In this document: positions 14,873-25,940 of the stretch, piece by piece
Position numbering within the stretch: position 1 is the first letter of the stretch
How the letters are laid out: each line of letters begins with the position of its first letter
Source: Octopus sinensis
Lineage: Eukaryota
Assembly (NCBI RefSeq): GCF_006345805.1
Contig: NC_043006.1
Coordinates: 53,196,001-53,260,000, forward strand
Direction of reading: 5' to 3'
DNA length: 64,000 nucleotides
Notes under the pieces: model-generated
The model's database searches: none
Told to the model about the DNA's origin: nothing
What the model saw: the letters and a program-made list of their open reading frames with translations, nothing else
Program-made: the position numbers and the translations under genes

Positions 14873-15085
14873 GTGTGTTTGTGTGTGTGTGTCTGTGTTT
14901 GTCCCCCAACATCGCTTGACAACTGACGGTGGTGTGCTTATGACCCTGTAACTTAATGGCACAGCCAAAGAAACCGCTAGAATAAGTACTAGGTTATCAA
15001 AGAATAAATCCTGGGGTTGATTTGCTTAACGAAAGGCAATGCTCCAGCATGACTGCAGCCAAATGACTACAACAAATAAAAGAAT
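14650..15085 (+). mobile_element. tRNA-derived SINE, family A (internal TA/TG microsatellite)
   Basis: gtggc.gtgtg.taagtagcttgctta...ggcaccttgggcaagtgtcttctactatagcc...gaaacaagtaaaaga, repeated many times in the window. Confidence 0.85.
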
Positions 15086-15089
15086 ATAT

Positions 15090-15121
<32 letters not shown>

Positions 15122-15390
15122 ATGTTATATCTTTTTGTGTGTTTTTAGTGAAAACACCTAATATCTTGAACTCTATACCAAACAGAAAAAGCCAGTAGGT
15201 TCACTAGTGTAATCAGTAGCACACTCGGTTGGATAAACAGAGAGGTGTGGGTTCAAATCCCACACATACGGGAAAACTTACTTTTTCTGTCAAGGGCTTA
15301 TATACCCCATTATTAGACTGTTTTCTTTAGCCATTGTACAGTGATCACTATAAGGTTTAAGCTTATAAAATACTATTATGTATATATATA

Positions 15391-15445
<55 letters not shown>

Positions 15446-15674
15446 CATACAAAATGAGCAACAAGAATGCTCAACATCTTAAATCTGCTGTAATACGTAC
15501 AACTTTTAATAAAATATTGTAGTGCGAAACAATTGTACCAAATTACCGGAGTCATTCTTGTTGCTTATTTTTGATTATAATCACCCAGCAAATTTTTATG
15601 GATAACACCATACAAAATTCTGGTGCATCTAAATTAAGTACCATATTCATTTGAATGTAAATTGTTGCTGAACC

Positions 15675-15713
<39 letters not shown>

Positions 15714-15724
15714 TTATCTATCTA

Positions 15725-15772
<48 letters not shown>

Positions 15773-15778
15773 CACACA

Positions 15779-16293
15779 TAGGTTAAAATTTTCTAAAAAA
15801 TTTTATCAATCGCCAGCGTATTAAAAAAATACCTTTAAAGGTTAAATTTAAAAACAACTTATAAACAAGGTCAAAAGAAAAACATTTCAATGCCAAATAT
15901 GCCGAAATAGACTTAATCGTCACTAGCCATATAATTTATCACTATAAGCATGCATCTCGAAAGCAAGCCAATAGAAATTTCTAAAAAATTTCGTTATTAT
16001 TGGATCGGTCCCGATTTCTGAGTTAATTTATTTAGAATTTTCTCGTCATCAGCGATAAATACGATAAGAAAACAAATGAAATACTTACTTGTACCCATGG
16101 AAGAAGTAAACACTAAGTCATGAGCACACTTAAGTACCCCAAATATATCCAAAATAGAAATTCCACAGCATACCTCGAGACACGTGTGAATGGACCGAAA
16201 ATTCTCATTGAGTGAGAGAGTCCGGAAGTGAATAGTATTAAATTTACATCAAATATAGGATAAAATTTTCGAAAAAATTTTATCAATAGCCAG

Positions 16294-16296
<3 letters not shown>
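15779..16296 (-). mobile_element. About 520-bp non-coding element with a ~42-bp terminal direct repeat and an internal hammerhead (Penelope pLTR- or retrozyme-like)
   Basis: ataggttaaaattttctaaaaaattttatcaatcgccag at 15779 recurs as ataggataaaattttcgaaaaaattttatcaatagccag at 16255; (AT)n on both flanks. Confidence 0.7.
15997..16058 (-). ncRNA. Type I hammerhead ribozyme motif
   Basis: Minus strand: UUAUCG-CUGAUGA-C-GAG(19-nt loop)CUC-A-GAAA-UCG(GGAC)CGA-UC-CAAUAA; all core nucleotides present, one mismatch in stem I and one at the base of stem II. Confidence 0.7.
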
Positions 16297-16325
<29 letters not shown>

Positions 16326-16410
16326 GTGATCTACTAATGCAAATCAGTCAACGTGCTGACTGAATTATATATAAAGCTACAGTTCATTCAGAGTTGCCTC
16401 TCTTGGGTAT

Positions 16411-16457
16411 ATCTCATTGACAAGAGTCAAAAGACTCAAAACATCAATGTCTGTGAT
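16411..16457 (+). ncRNA. Degenerate type I hammerhead motif
   Basis: AUCUCA-UUGACAA-GAGUC(AAAA)GACUC-AAAA-CAUCAAUG-UC-UGUGAU; geometry intact; core changes are C>T or G>A transitions from CUGACGA, GAAA and CAUCGAUG. Confidence 0.55.
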
Positions 16458-16683
16458 TCCTAACAGATGGCGACACTGAACAAACTGGGTGTTCTCACAC
16501 CTTTTTACCATGAGAGAGATTTTTCTCCACCAGTAACTGCAGTGTATTTGCCTTTTAGCCATTGAAATATGTGACAAACATATTTCAACTAACCTAAATT
16601 GGGATTATACGTAAACACTGCTTTGTGCCAATGCTTCATTAATTACCTTGATTGGGTGATCTACAGACATCTTTCGTCTAACC

Positions 16684-16718
<35 letters not shown>

Positions 16719-16793
16719 AATATTAGGGAATAAATCCAAATTTACAGGGAAAAAATCAGATATAGGATTAAATCCAATTTTATAGTAAAATAT

Positions 16794-17127
16794 TATATAA
16801 TATTATTAGAGACAAAACCACTATTTTGCAAAACAAACAAGGAAAGACTTAATCAATACATAAAATTTTAATAAAAAGTAAAAAAAACCGCCACTACAAT
16901 TGTTTCTTGTCTTGATCGACAATCTTCAGGTGGACTTCCAATAAGTCAGTTTCAAATTATGAAGTGATTTGAAACTGACTTATTGGAAGTCCACCTGAAG
17001 ATTGTCGATCAAGACAAGAAACAATTGTAGTGGCGGTTTTTTTTACTTTTTATTAAAATTTTATGTATTGATTAAGTCTTTCCTTGTTTGTTTTGCAAAA
17101 TAGTGGTTTTGTCTCTAATAATATTAT

Positions 17128-17130
<3 letters not shown>
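16794..17130. repeat. Perfect 164-bp-arm fold-back palindrome
   Basis: 16794-16957 is the reverse complement of 16967-17130; 9-nt spacer; flanked by (AT)n. Confidence 0.95.
16991..17033 (+). ncRNA. Minimal type I hammerhead ribozyme motif (mirror copy on minus strand at 16891-16933)
   Basis: CCAC-CUGAAGA-UUGUC(GAUCAA)GACAA-GAAA-C(AAUU)G-UA-GUGG; intact core, palindromic stem/loop III, predicted cleavage after A17029. Confidence 0.8.
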
Positions 17131-17179
<49 letters not shown>

Positions 17180-18375
17180 GGTGGGAGCACCGTGTTTGTT
17201 GCCACCACTACCACTTGAAACTGGTGTTGGTGTGTTGTCATCCCCATAACTTAGTATTTTGGTAAAAGAGACCAGTAATATAAGTACCAGACTTAAAACA
17301 AATTAAGTACTGGGGTTAATTCATTTGGCTAAAAAATTCTTCAAAGCAGTGTCCCAGCATGGCTGCAGTCCAATGACTGAGATATGTAAAAGATAAAAGA
17401 TTAAAATGATGATGATGATGATGATGATGCATTGTTTTGTGGTTGAGACAAAATATGAATGAAACAAAATATATTTTGTGCTGAAGATTATGAGTTAAAC
17501 TTACTGACACTGAGAGTTTTAATTTGTGAGTTCTTTATTCTACATGGTCTATCCTGTGAACTTGTCACCCTACAAGATTACTACATATATGTGTGTGTGT
17601 GTGTATGAATATACAGGTATGTATATATGCATATATACATATCTGTGTGTGTGTATACACATATATGTATGTGTGTGTCTCTGCATGTATGTGTAATTTC
17701 AGTGAATGGGATACAGCTTTTCATTAAGCTCTCTTTCTCTCTCTCTGTCCCTCTCTCACATACACACAGCTATGTATAGTAGATATTTGAAATAGTTCAA
17801 GTGGTCTTCTCCCAACCACCCTTCATGCTACCCAACACTCTTCATGTCACTAAGTACATATTAATCAGTCACAGATAATTTCCATGATCTAAAAAAGAAA
17901 GAAAGAAAAAAAAAGGGTGTTAGGGGTGGTGTCAGGTTTGCTGGCCTTAAGGTAGGGAATTAACATGGAATGAGGGAAGAGGTAAAGGATGAGGCAAAGT
18001 GGACCCCCCCTCTCCTACTTAGCTGAGTGGGTGGAATCTTCTGTTTGATTAATGGAGACAGGCGAAGATTAATTGAGGAGAGGGTAAATGAGGGTTTCAG
18101 TTGGAAGAATATAGTGTGGAACTGAGTGAAGGTGGGATGCGAGAGTATAGAGAAAGGTTGAGGGAGTTAGTGAACCTATGTGATATAGTAAGTATATGGT
18201 TGGGGATTAGGAGTGATGGTGAGAGGAAGAGAAGAAAATAAACAAGGAAAGAGGAGGAACTGGGAGTATGACAGAAGGAGTAAAAGCTTGAGGTGGGAGT
18301 TGGCAACTGTGGTGGTAGTGGTGCTAAGGGGGAGCGGTGTGTTTACTGGATGGTTGTAGAAGTGAAACTGAGGGC

Positions 18376-18411
<36 letters not shown>

Positions 18412-19605
18412 GCAAAGGCAGATGGGAAGGGAAACAGAGAGAAAGAATAAAGGTTGATGGGAACAGGGGGGAGGGAAAGAGAGAGAGAGAGAAAGAGAGC
18501 AAAGGTTGATGGGGAATGTAAAGAGAGTTTTAGGTTAATGGTGATGGCAAACCGGAAGTTTGGGTGGTTGGTTGGTTTGGTTAGTGAATGAGAGAACAGT
18601 CAAGTATATATCATCATCATCATGTCAGCACTCTCCTCATCATTACCACCACTACCATCGTCATCATCATCATCATCACCATCATCAGTACCTCATCATC
18701 AACACTTTCATTGCTATCACTGTTACCACTATCATCATCATCACCATTATCAATATCACCAGCACCACCATCATTCTCACTACTACCATCTTCATCACCA
18801 CTATCATCATCACTATCACTACCATCACCAGCATCACCACCACAACTAGCAGCAGCAGTAGCAAGAGCAGTGGGGGTGGGATATTGGTGATGTGGAGTGA
18901 ATGGGACTAAATTTTATTCATCTCTCCCACCCATCGTCCAACACCCATAAAAAAAAAACAGTTAATGGTAGAGAGAGATAGTGAGAGACAGACAGACAGA
19001 GAGGGAGGGGGAGAGTTTACAGTAGCAGTAGGTGACCATCATGACAAGGCTGTTGCTGACATTGGTGAGATGAGGGTGGTGGTGGTGAAGATGTATGGAT
19101 GTTGATTAATGTAATGGGAGTGGATGTAATGGTGATAATAGTGATAGATGGCATGATGGTGGTGGTGGTGGGGAAGTGTAAAGATGGTGATGATGGTGAC
19201 AATGGAGAGGAGGTAGCAATGGCAATAACAGTGATGGTGCTGTTGTTGTTGATGATGATAACAAGCTGCAGTAAGATGAGAAACAACAGGTTCTCCAGAT
19301 GAAATCTAAGGAGAAACTTAATGTCAACATTTCCTTGTGATTCTGACACTCAGTTGTTGGGTGGAATAGGTGGCTGAGCAGTGAGTAACTGCTGGGTGGG
19401 GTTTGTCGTAGCAGTAGCGGTGGCAATGGCAAAGATTGCTGCACCACCAAGTGGTTGCTGGCAGAGGTAAAGAATACATCATACACCACCGTTTTTGGCG
19501 TAGCAAAAACTCTAACCCTAACCCTTAATACCAGGGTGTATGTATTCTTTACTTTCGCCATGGTTGCTTGCAGTGGTAGGGCAGAACTAGTACTGCAAGA
19601 CAAAA

Positions 19606-19900
19606 TTGTTTGTTCCTTTTCATGCCTGGCTCATAAGGGCCAGTTTCCTGGTTTCCTTGGTGTATAGATTCCCCACCTGGGATGCTGGTCCATCACAGGT
19701 GAGCTGCAAGATGCAGGAGGAAAGAGTGAGAGAAAGTTGTGGCAAAAGAGTCAGCAGAAGTTCGCCATTACCTTCTGCTGGAGCCACTTGGAGCTTAGGT
19801 GTTTCGCTCATAAACACACACATCACCCAGTCTAAGATTCGAACCTGCGATCCCTCGACTGCGAGTCCACTACTCTAGCCACTAGGCCATGTGCTTCCAT
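19606..19900 (-). mobile_element. tRNA-derived SINE, family B
   Basis: Homology to the other family B copies; A and B boxes on the minus strand. Confidence 0.85.
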
Positions 19901-21431
19901 CAGGACAAAATTGCTTGACAGTATTTTCTTACAGCTCTTTATGTTCTGTGTTTGAATACCACCATGGTTGATTTTGCTTTTCATCCTTTTGGGGTTGGGA
20001 AAATAAGTACCAGTCAAATACTGGTGTCAATGTAATCAAAGTCCCCCTTTGCTGGCCTTGTGCTAAAATTAGAGTTTTTGGTTATGTTAATGTTGTTTGA
20101 CCCAGGGCAATCAAATGGTTTAAATATCTAACCAACTAACTAATCAATCATTACTTTAATGTGTTGGTTAAAAATTGTTTCTCAAAATTCTTTTGTTGCT
20201 ATTCATAACCTCATCAATCATATGCCCTCTCTCTTCAAGGTCTGCCTTGAGTCTGTCAGAGAATTAGTCTTATGTTTGTGTGCATGTAGATGTTTGGCTG
20301 TGTGGCAAGACCAATTTCTATTATGGCATATTGAACACAATCAGGTTTTTATAGGCGCAACACATTAACCTGTAATGATTGATCAATTTACCTATCATGT
20401 GAGTTTTGAACATGTGAGTCATGTGTTGTGATTGGTTGAGTGTGGTGCAGGATTTGGATTGAAGGTCCAATTACATTGCATGTAGTACATTCTCAAACAA
20501 TTAATCTGTATGTACTCTGGAGACAACCTTTTCCCATAAATTGGTGCAACAAATTATCTACAAGCAGAGGGGTGAGTTTTTTTTCCATCAAAGCAAGTTA
20601 TGCTGATTTCTTGCCGTTTTTCAACAGAGAAAAATTAATATAACTGAGCACGTATAACCGATAGTGACCAAGACTGAATTATCCAAACAATGTATGACTA
20701 CAACCACCACTGAAAATTGTATTTCTTGCTTAATCCACTATACCACTTCACAAAGGAATAAAGTCTCAGTCATTTTGAAGTTCCTTTCTTTCATTACTTC
20801 CACGAGTGAACACGCAAAATACAGTGGTATATATGAGTCAGTAGTAAAACCAAGGGAGACTTTAGACCCATGGTAAAAGTTGCTTACAAGAGAAGGGAAG
20901 AGTGAGCAAAACCAAAGAGTATGTGTGTGTGTGGCTGTGTCTTTACACTCATGTGATTGCTTGTATGTGGGTTTGTGATTGTGTGTGCATTGGCTGCCCA
21001 TGAACTCTTTAAGGGTTTGGTTTCTTTGATACGGTTAGTTTGGTCTCAGATATGCTAGGATCATAAAGATTTGTGTATGTAGTTCCTTAAGATGGAAAAG
21101 TGTGATTTGAGGAGGACTTTGCTGTTATTTCTACCAAAATGTGTCGGTTCCTTTATTGGGCCTGAATCAGTGGCCATATTTATCATCATCAAGAAATTAA
21201 CATTCATTCTTCTATTCACTGTTGGAATGGATTGGACAGATCTACCATAAGTTACATCTCCACATGTCACAGTCATCATCATCATCATGCTTGTGAAAGC
21301 CTAGCAGACTGAGCTCTTATCCCAGAGCTCCTTAACTCTTTAATTACCATATTCATGCTGAAATACACTGCTTTTTAAAGATTTATCAAAATAATATGAG
21401 AATATTAAGCTGGGTTTGAAACATAGATTAA

Positions 21432-21590
21432 CGTAGGAGTGGCTGTGTGGAAAGTAGCTTGCTTACCAACCACATGGTTCCTGGTTCAGTCCCGCTGCAT
21501 GACACTTTGGGCAAGTGTCTTCTACTATAGCTTCAGGCCGATCAACACCTTGTGAGTGGATTTGGTAGACGGAAATTGAAAGAAGCCTGT

Positions 21591-21633
<43 letters not shown>

Positions 21634-21852
21634 GTGTGTGTATGTTTGTGTGTCTCTGTTTGTCCCCCCAACATCACTTGACAACCGATGCTGGTGTGTT
21701 TACATCCCTGTAACTTAGTGGTTCGGTAAAAGAGACCGATAGAATAAGTACTAGGCTTACAAAGAATAAGTCCTGGGGTCGATTTGCTCAAATAAAGGTG
21801 GTGCTCCAGCATGGCCACTGTGAAATGACTGAAACAAGTAAAAGAGTAAAAA
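21432..21852 (+). mobile_element. SINE family A, inserted in a decayed TTAA-type MITE (about 21333-21959)
   Basis: Full-length family A sequence; flanks resemble the MITE at 25721. Confidence 0.8.
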
Positions 21853-22500
21853 GTGTATGTAATTCTGATGGAAGGTTTTAATTTAGGTCACTTGAAAATA
21901 GGAAGATTGTATCATAGACCCAAGGACGGTTTCAAGTGGGTTGGTATCTAAATGGTTAAGCCTTCCTCTAACAGATTACTCTCTACAGTTACCTTATCAG
22001 CCAGCACTAAACTGTTCATTAATACCATATATCGCATGCCAATGCACTTGTTACTGTTTTGCTCCAGGTTAGTTTTTATTGAGGAGACCTTTTAAAGGCT
22101 CTACAACCATGACCATCTTTTGTTTTATATACCCAGCTAGACTGTGTTATTTTATGTGAGCTTTAAAAAAAAAATAATAGGGCATAATTTGAAGAAGGTT
22201 TGGCTGCTGTTTCTGGCAAATCAAGCAACTTCTTAGACAGTTTCCTAATCGAGGGTGCTAGTGTGTAATGTTGAAGGTGCATGGTTTGGTGGTTAGGGTA
22301 TTTGGTCGGGAGTTCAATTCCCAGTGACGCGTGTCCTTGAGCAAGACACTTTATTTCATGTTGCTCCAAGCCACTCAACTAGCAAAAGTGAGTAATACTT
22401 GTATTTCAAAGGGTTAGCCTTTTTACATTGTGTCATGCTGAATCTCCCTCGCTAGGCTTTAAAAAGGCGCATTTATTTATTTTATTATCGTTTATTACAG

Positions 22501-22631
22501 ATGACTTGAAAGGTAAACGAGTTGTGTTAACCGGAGCATCAACAGGTATAGGAGAACAGATGGCTTACCACTATGCAAACAACAAGGCCAATCTTCTTAT
22601 AACAGCACGAAGAACCAATGTACTTCAGAAG
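22501..22631 (+). CDS. HSD11B1L: 11-beta-hydroxysteroid dehydrogenase 1-like SDR, first identified coding exon (equivalent to exon 2; phase 1 to 0)
   Basis: ttacag| ... AAG|gtatga; DLKGKRVVLTGASTGIGEQMAYHYANNKANLLITARRTNVLQK with the TGxxxGIG Rossmann motif and basic ARR (NADP-type); 131 bp. Confidence 0.92.
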
Positions 22632-22739
22632 GTATGAACTGTGGTATGTATGTGCCTGCATGGTGTGTATGTACATGTGTATAAAGTTGATGGTAATGAA
22701 ATGTACTGAATCTCATGTATGATAAATTATTAATTTGCT

Positions 22740-24450
22740 TAAACTTCCCTAGCAGACAGAGAAGGAAAACAAAACCCCTAAAACTGTTAGCAGCATTTCA
22801 TCTGTCTGTATGTTCTTAGTTCAAATGCTGCTGAAGTCAACTTTGCCTTCCATCCTTTTGGGGTTAATAAAATAAGTATCATTTACACACTGGGATTGAT
22901 GTAGGGATTATTATTATTATTATAAGGCAGCAAGCTGGCAGAATCATTAGCACGCCGGGCGAAATACTTAGTGGTATTTCGTCTGCCGTTACATTCTGAG
23001 TTCAAATTCCGCCGAGGTCGACTTTGCCGGTTATCGTTTCGAGGTCGATAAATTTAGTACCAGTTACACACTGGGGTCGATGTAATCGACTTAATCCCTT
23101 TGTCTGTCCTTGTTTGTCCCTTCTGTGTTTAGCCCCTTGTGGGTAGTAAAGAAATAGGTATTTCACCCATCTCTACATTCTGAATTCAAATTCTGCCAAG
23201 GTCACCTTTGCCTTTCATCTTATTGGGGTTGATGAAAAAGCACCAGTTGAGCACTGGGGTCAATGTAATTGACTTACCCCCTCCACTCAAATTTCAAGCC
23301 TTGTGCCTATAGTAGAAAGGATTATTATTACTATTGCACTATTTATTGTTTATTTTCTAATGTTTTCACATCTGTTCTGTCCCCTAATATTTTGAGCCCC
23401 TGTGTTCAAAGAAATTATTTCTATTATTAAGGGTAGTGGATTTGCAGAATATTTAGTGTCAGATAGAATACTTTGCAGTATTTAATTTCAGCCCTTTATG
23501 TTCCAAGTTCAAATCCTGCCATGGTCATCTTTATCTTTCAACCTTCCTGGGTCAGTAAAATAAAGTAAGTGGACTAACAGAATAATTAGAATATTGGACA
23601 AGATGACTTGCAGTATTTGCTCTTATTCTTTGCATTTTGAGTTCAAATACTGCTGTTGCTTACTTGGATCAAAAACTTGATCCCTTGGCTGACTTAACAC
23701 CACCCCTACTTGAATACAAGCTCTCTGGTTTGAGAAAACCCCTCCTCCCTCTCTCCCTAACGTCAATAATTTTGTGGATCATAAAATTGCTACAGGCACT
23801 ACCCTTCCCTCTCTACTAAAATAATAAAGCTATAAAGATACAGGAGTTGATCTAATCAACTAATCCTTTTTATCAAATTTTTATATAATTTTTGTTAAAA
23901 ACAACACCAGACGAAATGCTTAGCAGCATTTTGCACATCTTTACATTCCGAGTTCAAATGCTGCTGAGGTTGACTTTGCCTTTCATCTTTTTGGATCGAT
24001 AAAATAAGTACCAGTTAAGTACTGGAGTCAATGCAATTGACTAACCCTCATTCTCAAAATTTCAAGCTTCCTGCTAATAGTAGAAAAAATTATTTCAAGG
24101 TCGACTTTACTTTTCATCCTTTCGGGGTCAATTAAATAAGTACCAGTTACGAACTGGAGTCGATATAATCAACTTACTCAAATTCCAGGCCTTGTGCCTA
24201 CAGTAAAAGGGATTATTATTATCATTATTATTATTTAAGGTGGTGAGCTGGCAGAAACATTAACACACCAGGTAAAAAGCTTTGAGGTATTTCACCTGTC
24301 TTTACGTTCTGAGTTCAAATTCTGCCGAGGTCAGCTTTGCCTTTCATCTTCTCAGGGTCAATAAATTAAGTACCACTTGAACACTGGGGTGAATGTAATC
24401 AACTATCCCCCTCCCCCAATTTTCACACCTTGTGCCTATAGTAGAAAAGA
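22740..24450 (+). mobile_element. Head-to-tail cluster of about 8 tRNA-derived SINE family C copies
   Basis: Repeated gagttcaaat...gactttgcctttcatcc...gggtcgataaa..aagtaccag...ctggggtc with (TTA)n tails; best copy 22925-23158. Confidence 0.8.
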
Positions 24451-24453
24451 TTA

Positions 24454-24497
<44 letters not shown>

Positions 24498-24523
24498 TTC
24501 CTGTGTACATTATCATTGAACAG

Positions 24524-24622
24524 GTTATAGATCGCTGCAAATCTCTTGGTGATCCAAATGGGAACTATAACTACATCACAGCAGACATGGGAAATCTATC
24601 AGCCACAGAGAATGTGATTAAG
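24524..24622 (+). CDS. HSD11B1L: HSD11B1L-like exon (phase 0 to 0)
   Basis: aacag|GTT ... AAG|gtactt; VIDRCKSLGDPNGNYNYITADMGNLSATENVIK; 99 bp. Confidence 0.88.
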
Positions 24623-25720
24623 GTACTTTCTTTTTTCTAAAGATTTAACTTGTGACACTCAATTCTTAGCAAAGGGAAGACTTAGAAAAGATATTGTTAT
24701 CTATGTTTCAGATCTCAACTACTATTTTCTACTATTTCAATAGTAACATTTGTTATGATCAGATTTCATTTTAAAATTACATATGAAAAAAAAAAATCAA
24801 GCCAATTCTTTGTACATTGCTGATATTTATGCCAGTAATAATACACAGCAAGTTCTTAGGGTTTCTAGTAAATCTTTCATCTCTTTTGATACAAATCAAC
24901 CTGAGACAGGCTCTGGTTCCATGATAAAATATCTTATGATTTTAAGGTATTCAAATTTAAATTAGAACCTTCCATTATAGTTATACATGAGGACAATTGG
25001 TTTTGTCCCAAACATTAGCCTAAAATTGTTAGTTATTTAATTATATTATACTAGATTCCTGATTATCTAAGCAGTTATTTGAAATGCATAAACATAGTAT
25101 TTCATTAGTAATGTGATAAAGAAATGGTTAAATAATCAAGAAAGAAATTATGAGTGTTAGTGTTGTAATGATCATGAGATAAGTATTGAATGAATATTAC
25201 CATACTTATGAATACAGATTGGGGACCTTGGATGCAACCAATTCATTGGGTTTTCATGTTCCCTTGCAGATGAAATTGAGTTGGTGGATTCAAAGTTCCC
25301 TTCCACCAGATTTTTAAAACTGATATTATATCTGCTATAAATAATTTATATAATCATATAACCTGTGGTTATATGATTATATACTGGTTGTAATAAGCTA
25401 TCAGAGAGCTGTATATGTAATGTGGTTTCAATTTCAGATTATAACATTTCACTTAATTCCTCTCTTCTTGTTGTTTCGATGGTCAGCCCAGATCGAACAA
25501 CCTATGATCAAAGGTGCTCAAGCTGCGACCATTCAATTTATTCTTAAGCAGTGTGCAGCCACTGCTGTGCTTTAGAATAGCACAGAACTGTCTGTTATTT
25601 TCAGTCAGGGGGATGATTTTATTCTTAGTTTCAAGACTTATTGCAACCACTGTGTATTGCTGATATGTGTATCAGTAATAATACACAGCAAGTTCTTAGA
25701 GTACATACAGTAGACTTTAA

Positions 25721-25940
25721 CCCTTTCATTACTGTATTTATTTTGAGATGCTCTGTATTTCTTTCAATTACTTTAAATATAACAAAGAATTTAGTAAAAT
25801 ATCTTAGTTATCATTAAGCTAGTGTTAGGAACATAAATTGTGACTAAGGTTTGGTGGAATATTTTAATTCAAAACTTATGAAAACAAGACATTTGTACTC
25901 AGACCCAGAGCTAGTTTCAGCCAGGTTGGTAGCGAAAGGG
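25721..25940. mobile_element. piggyBac-like MITE with TTAA target duplication
   Basis: TTAA-CCCTTTCATTAC ... GTAGCGAAAGGG-TTAA; second copy at 53789-53997. Confidence 0.85.

Noticed and set aside
15196-15272. tRNA-like sequences here and in SINE heads
   Set aside because: A/B boxes are present but acceptor stems do not close; these are repeat heads, not tRNA genes
18560-19603. His/Ser/Thr-rich ORFs
   Set aside because: Trinucleotide low-complexity sequence with no domain or splice support
20834-20878. GDFRP/ETLDP-like peptide as candidate SDR exon 1
   Set aside because: The donor gives the wrong phase, the GDFRP frame has an upstream stop, and there is no signal anchor
21989-22067. AG...GT-bounded phase-1 segment as candidate SDR exon 1
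   Set aside because: No ATG, peptide not anchor-like, and the donor lies in a decayed repeat
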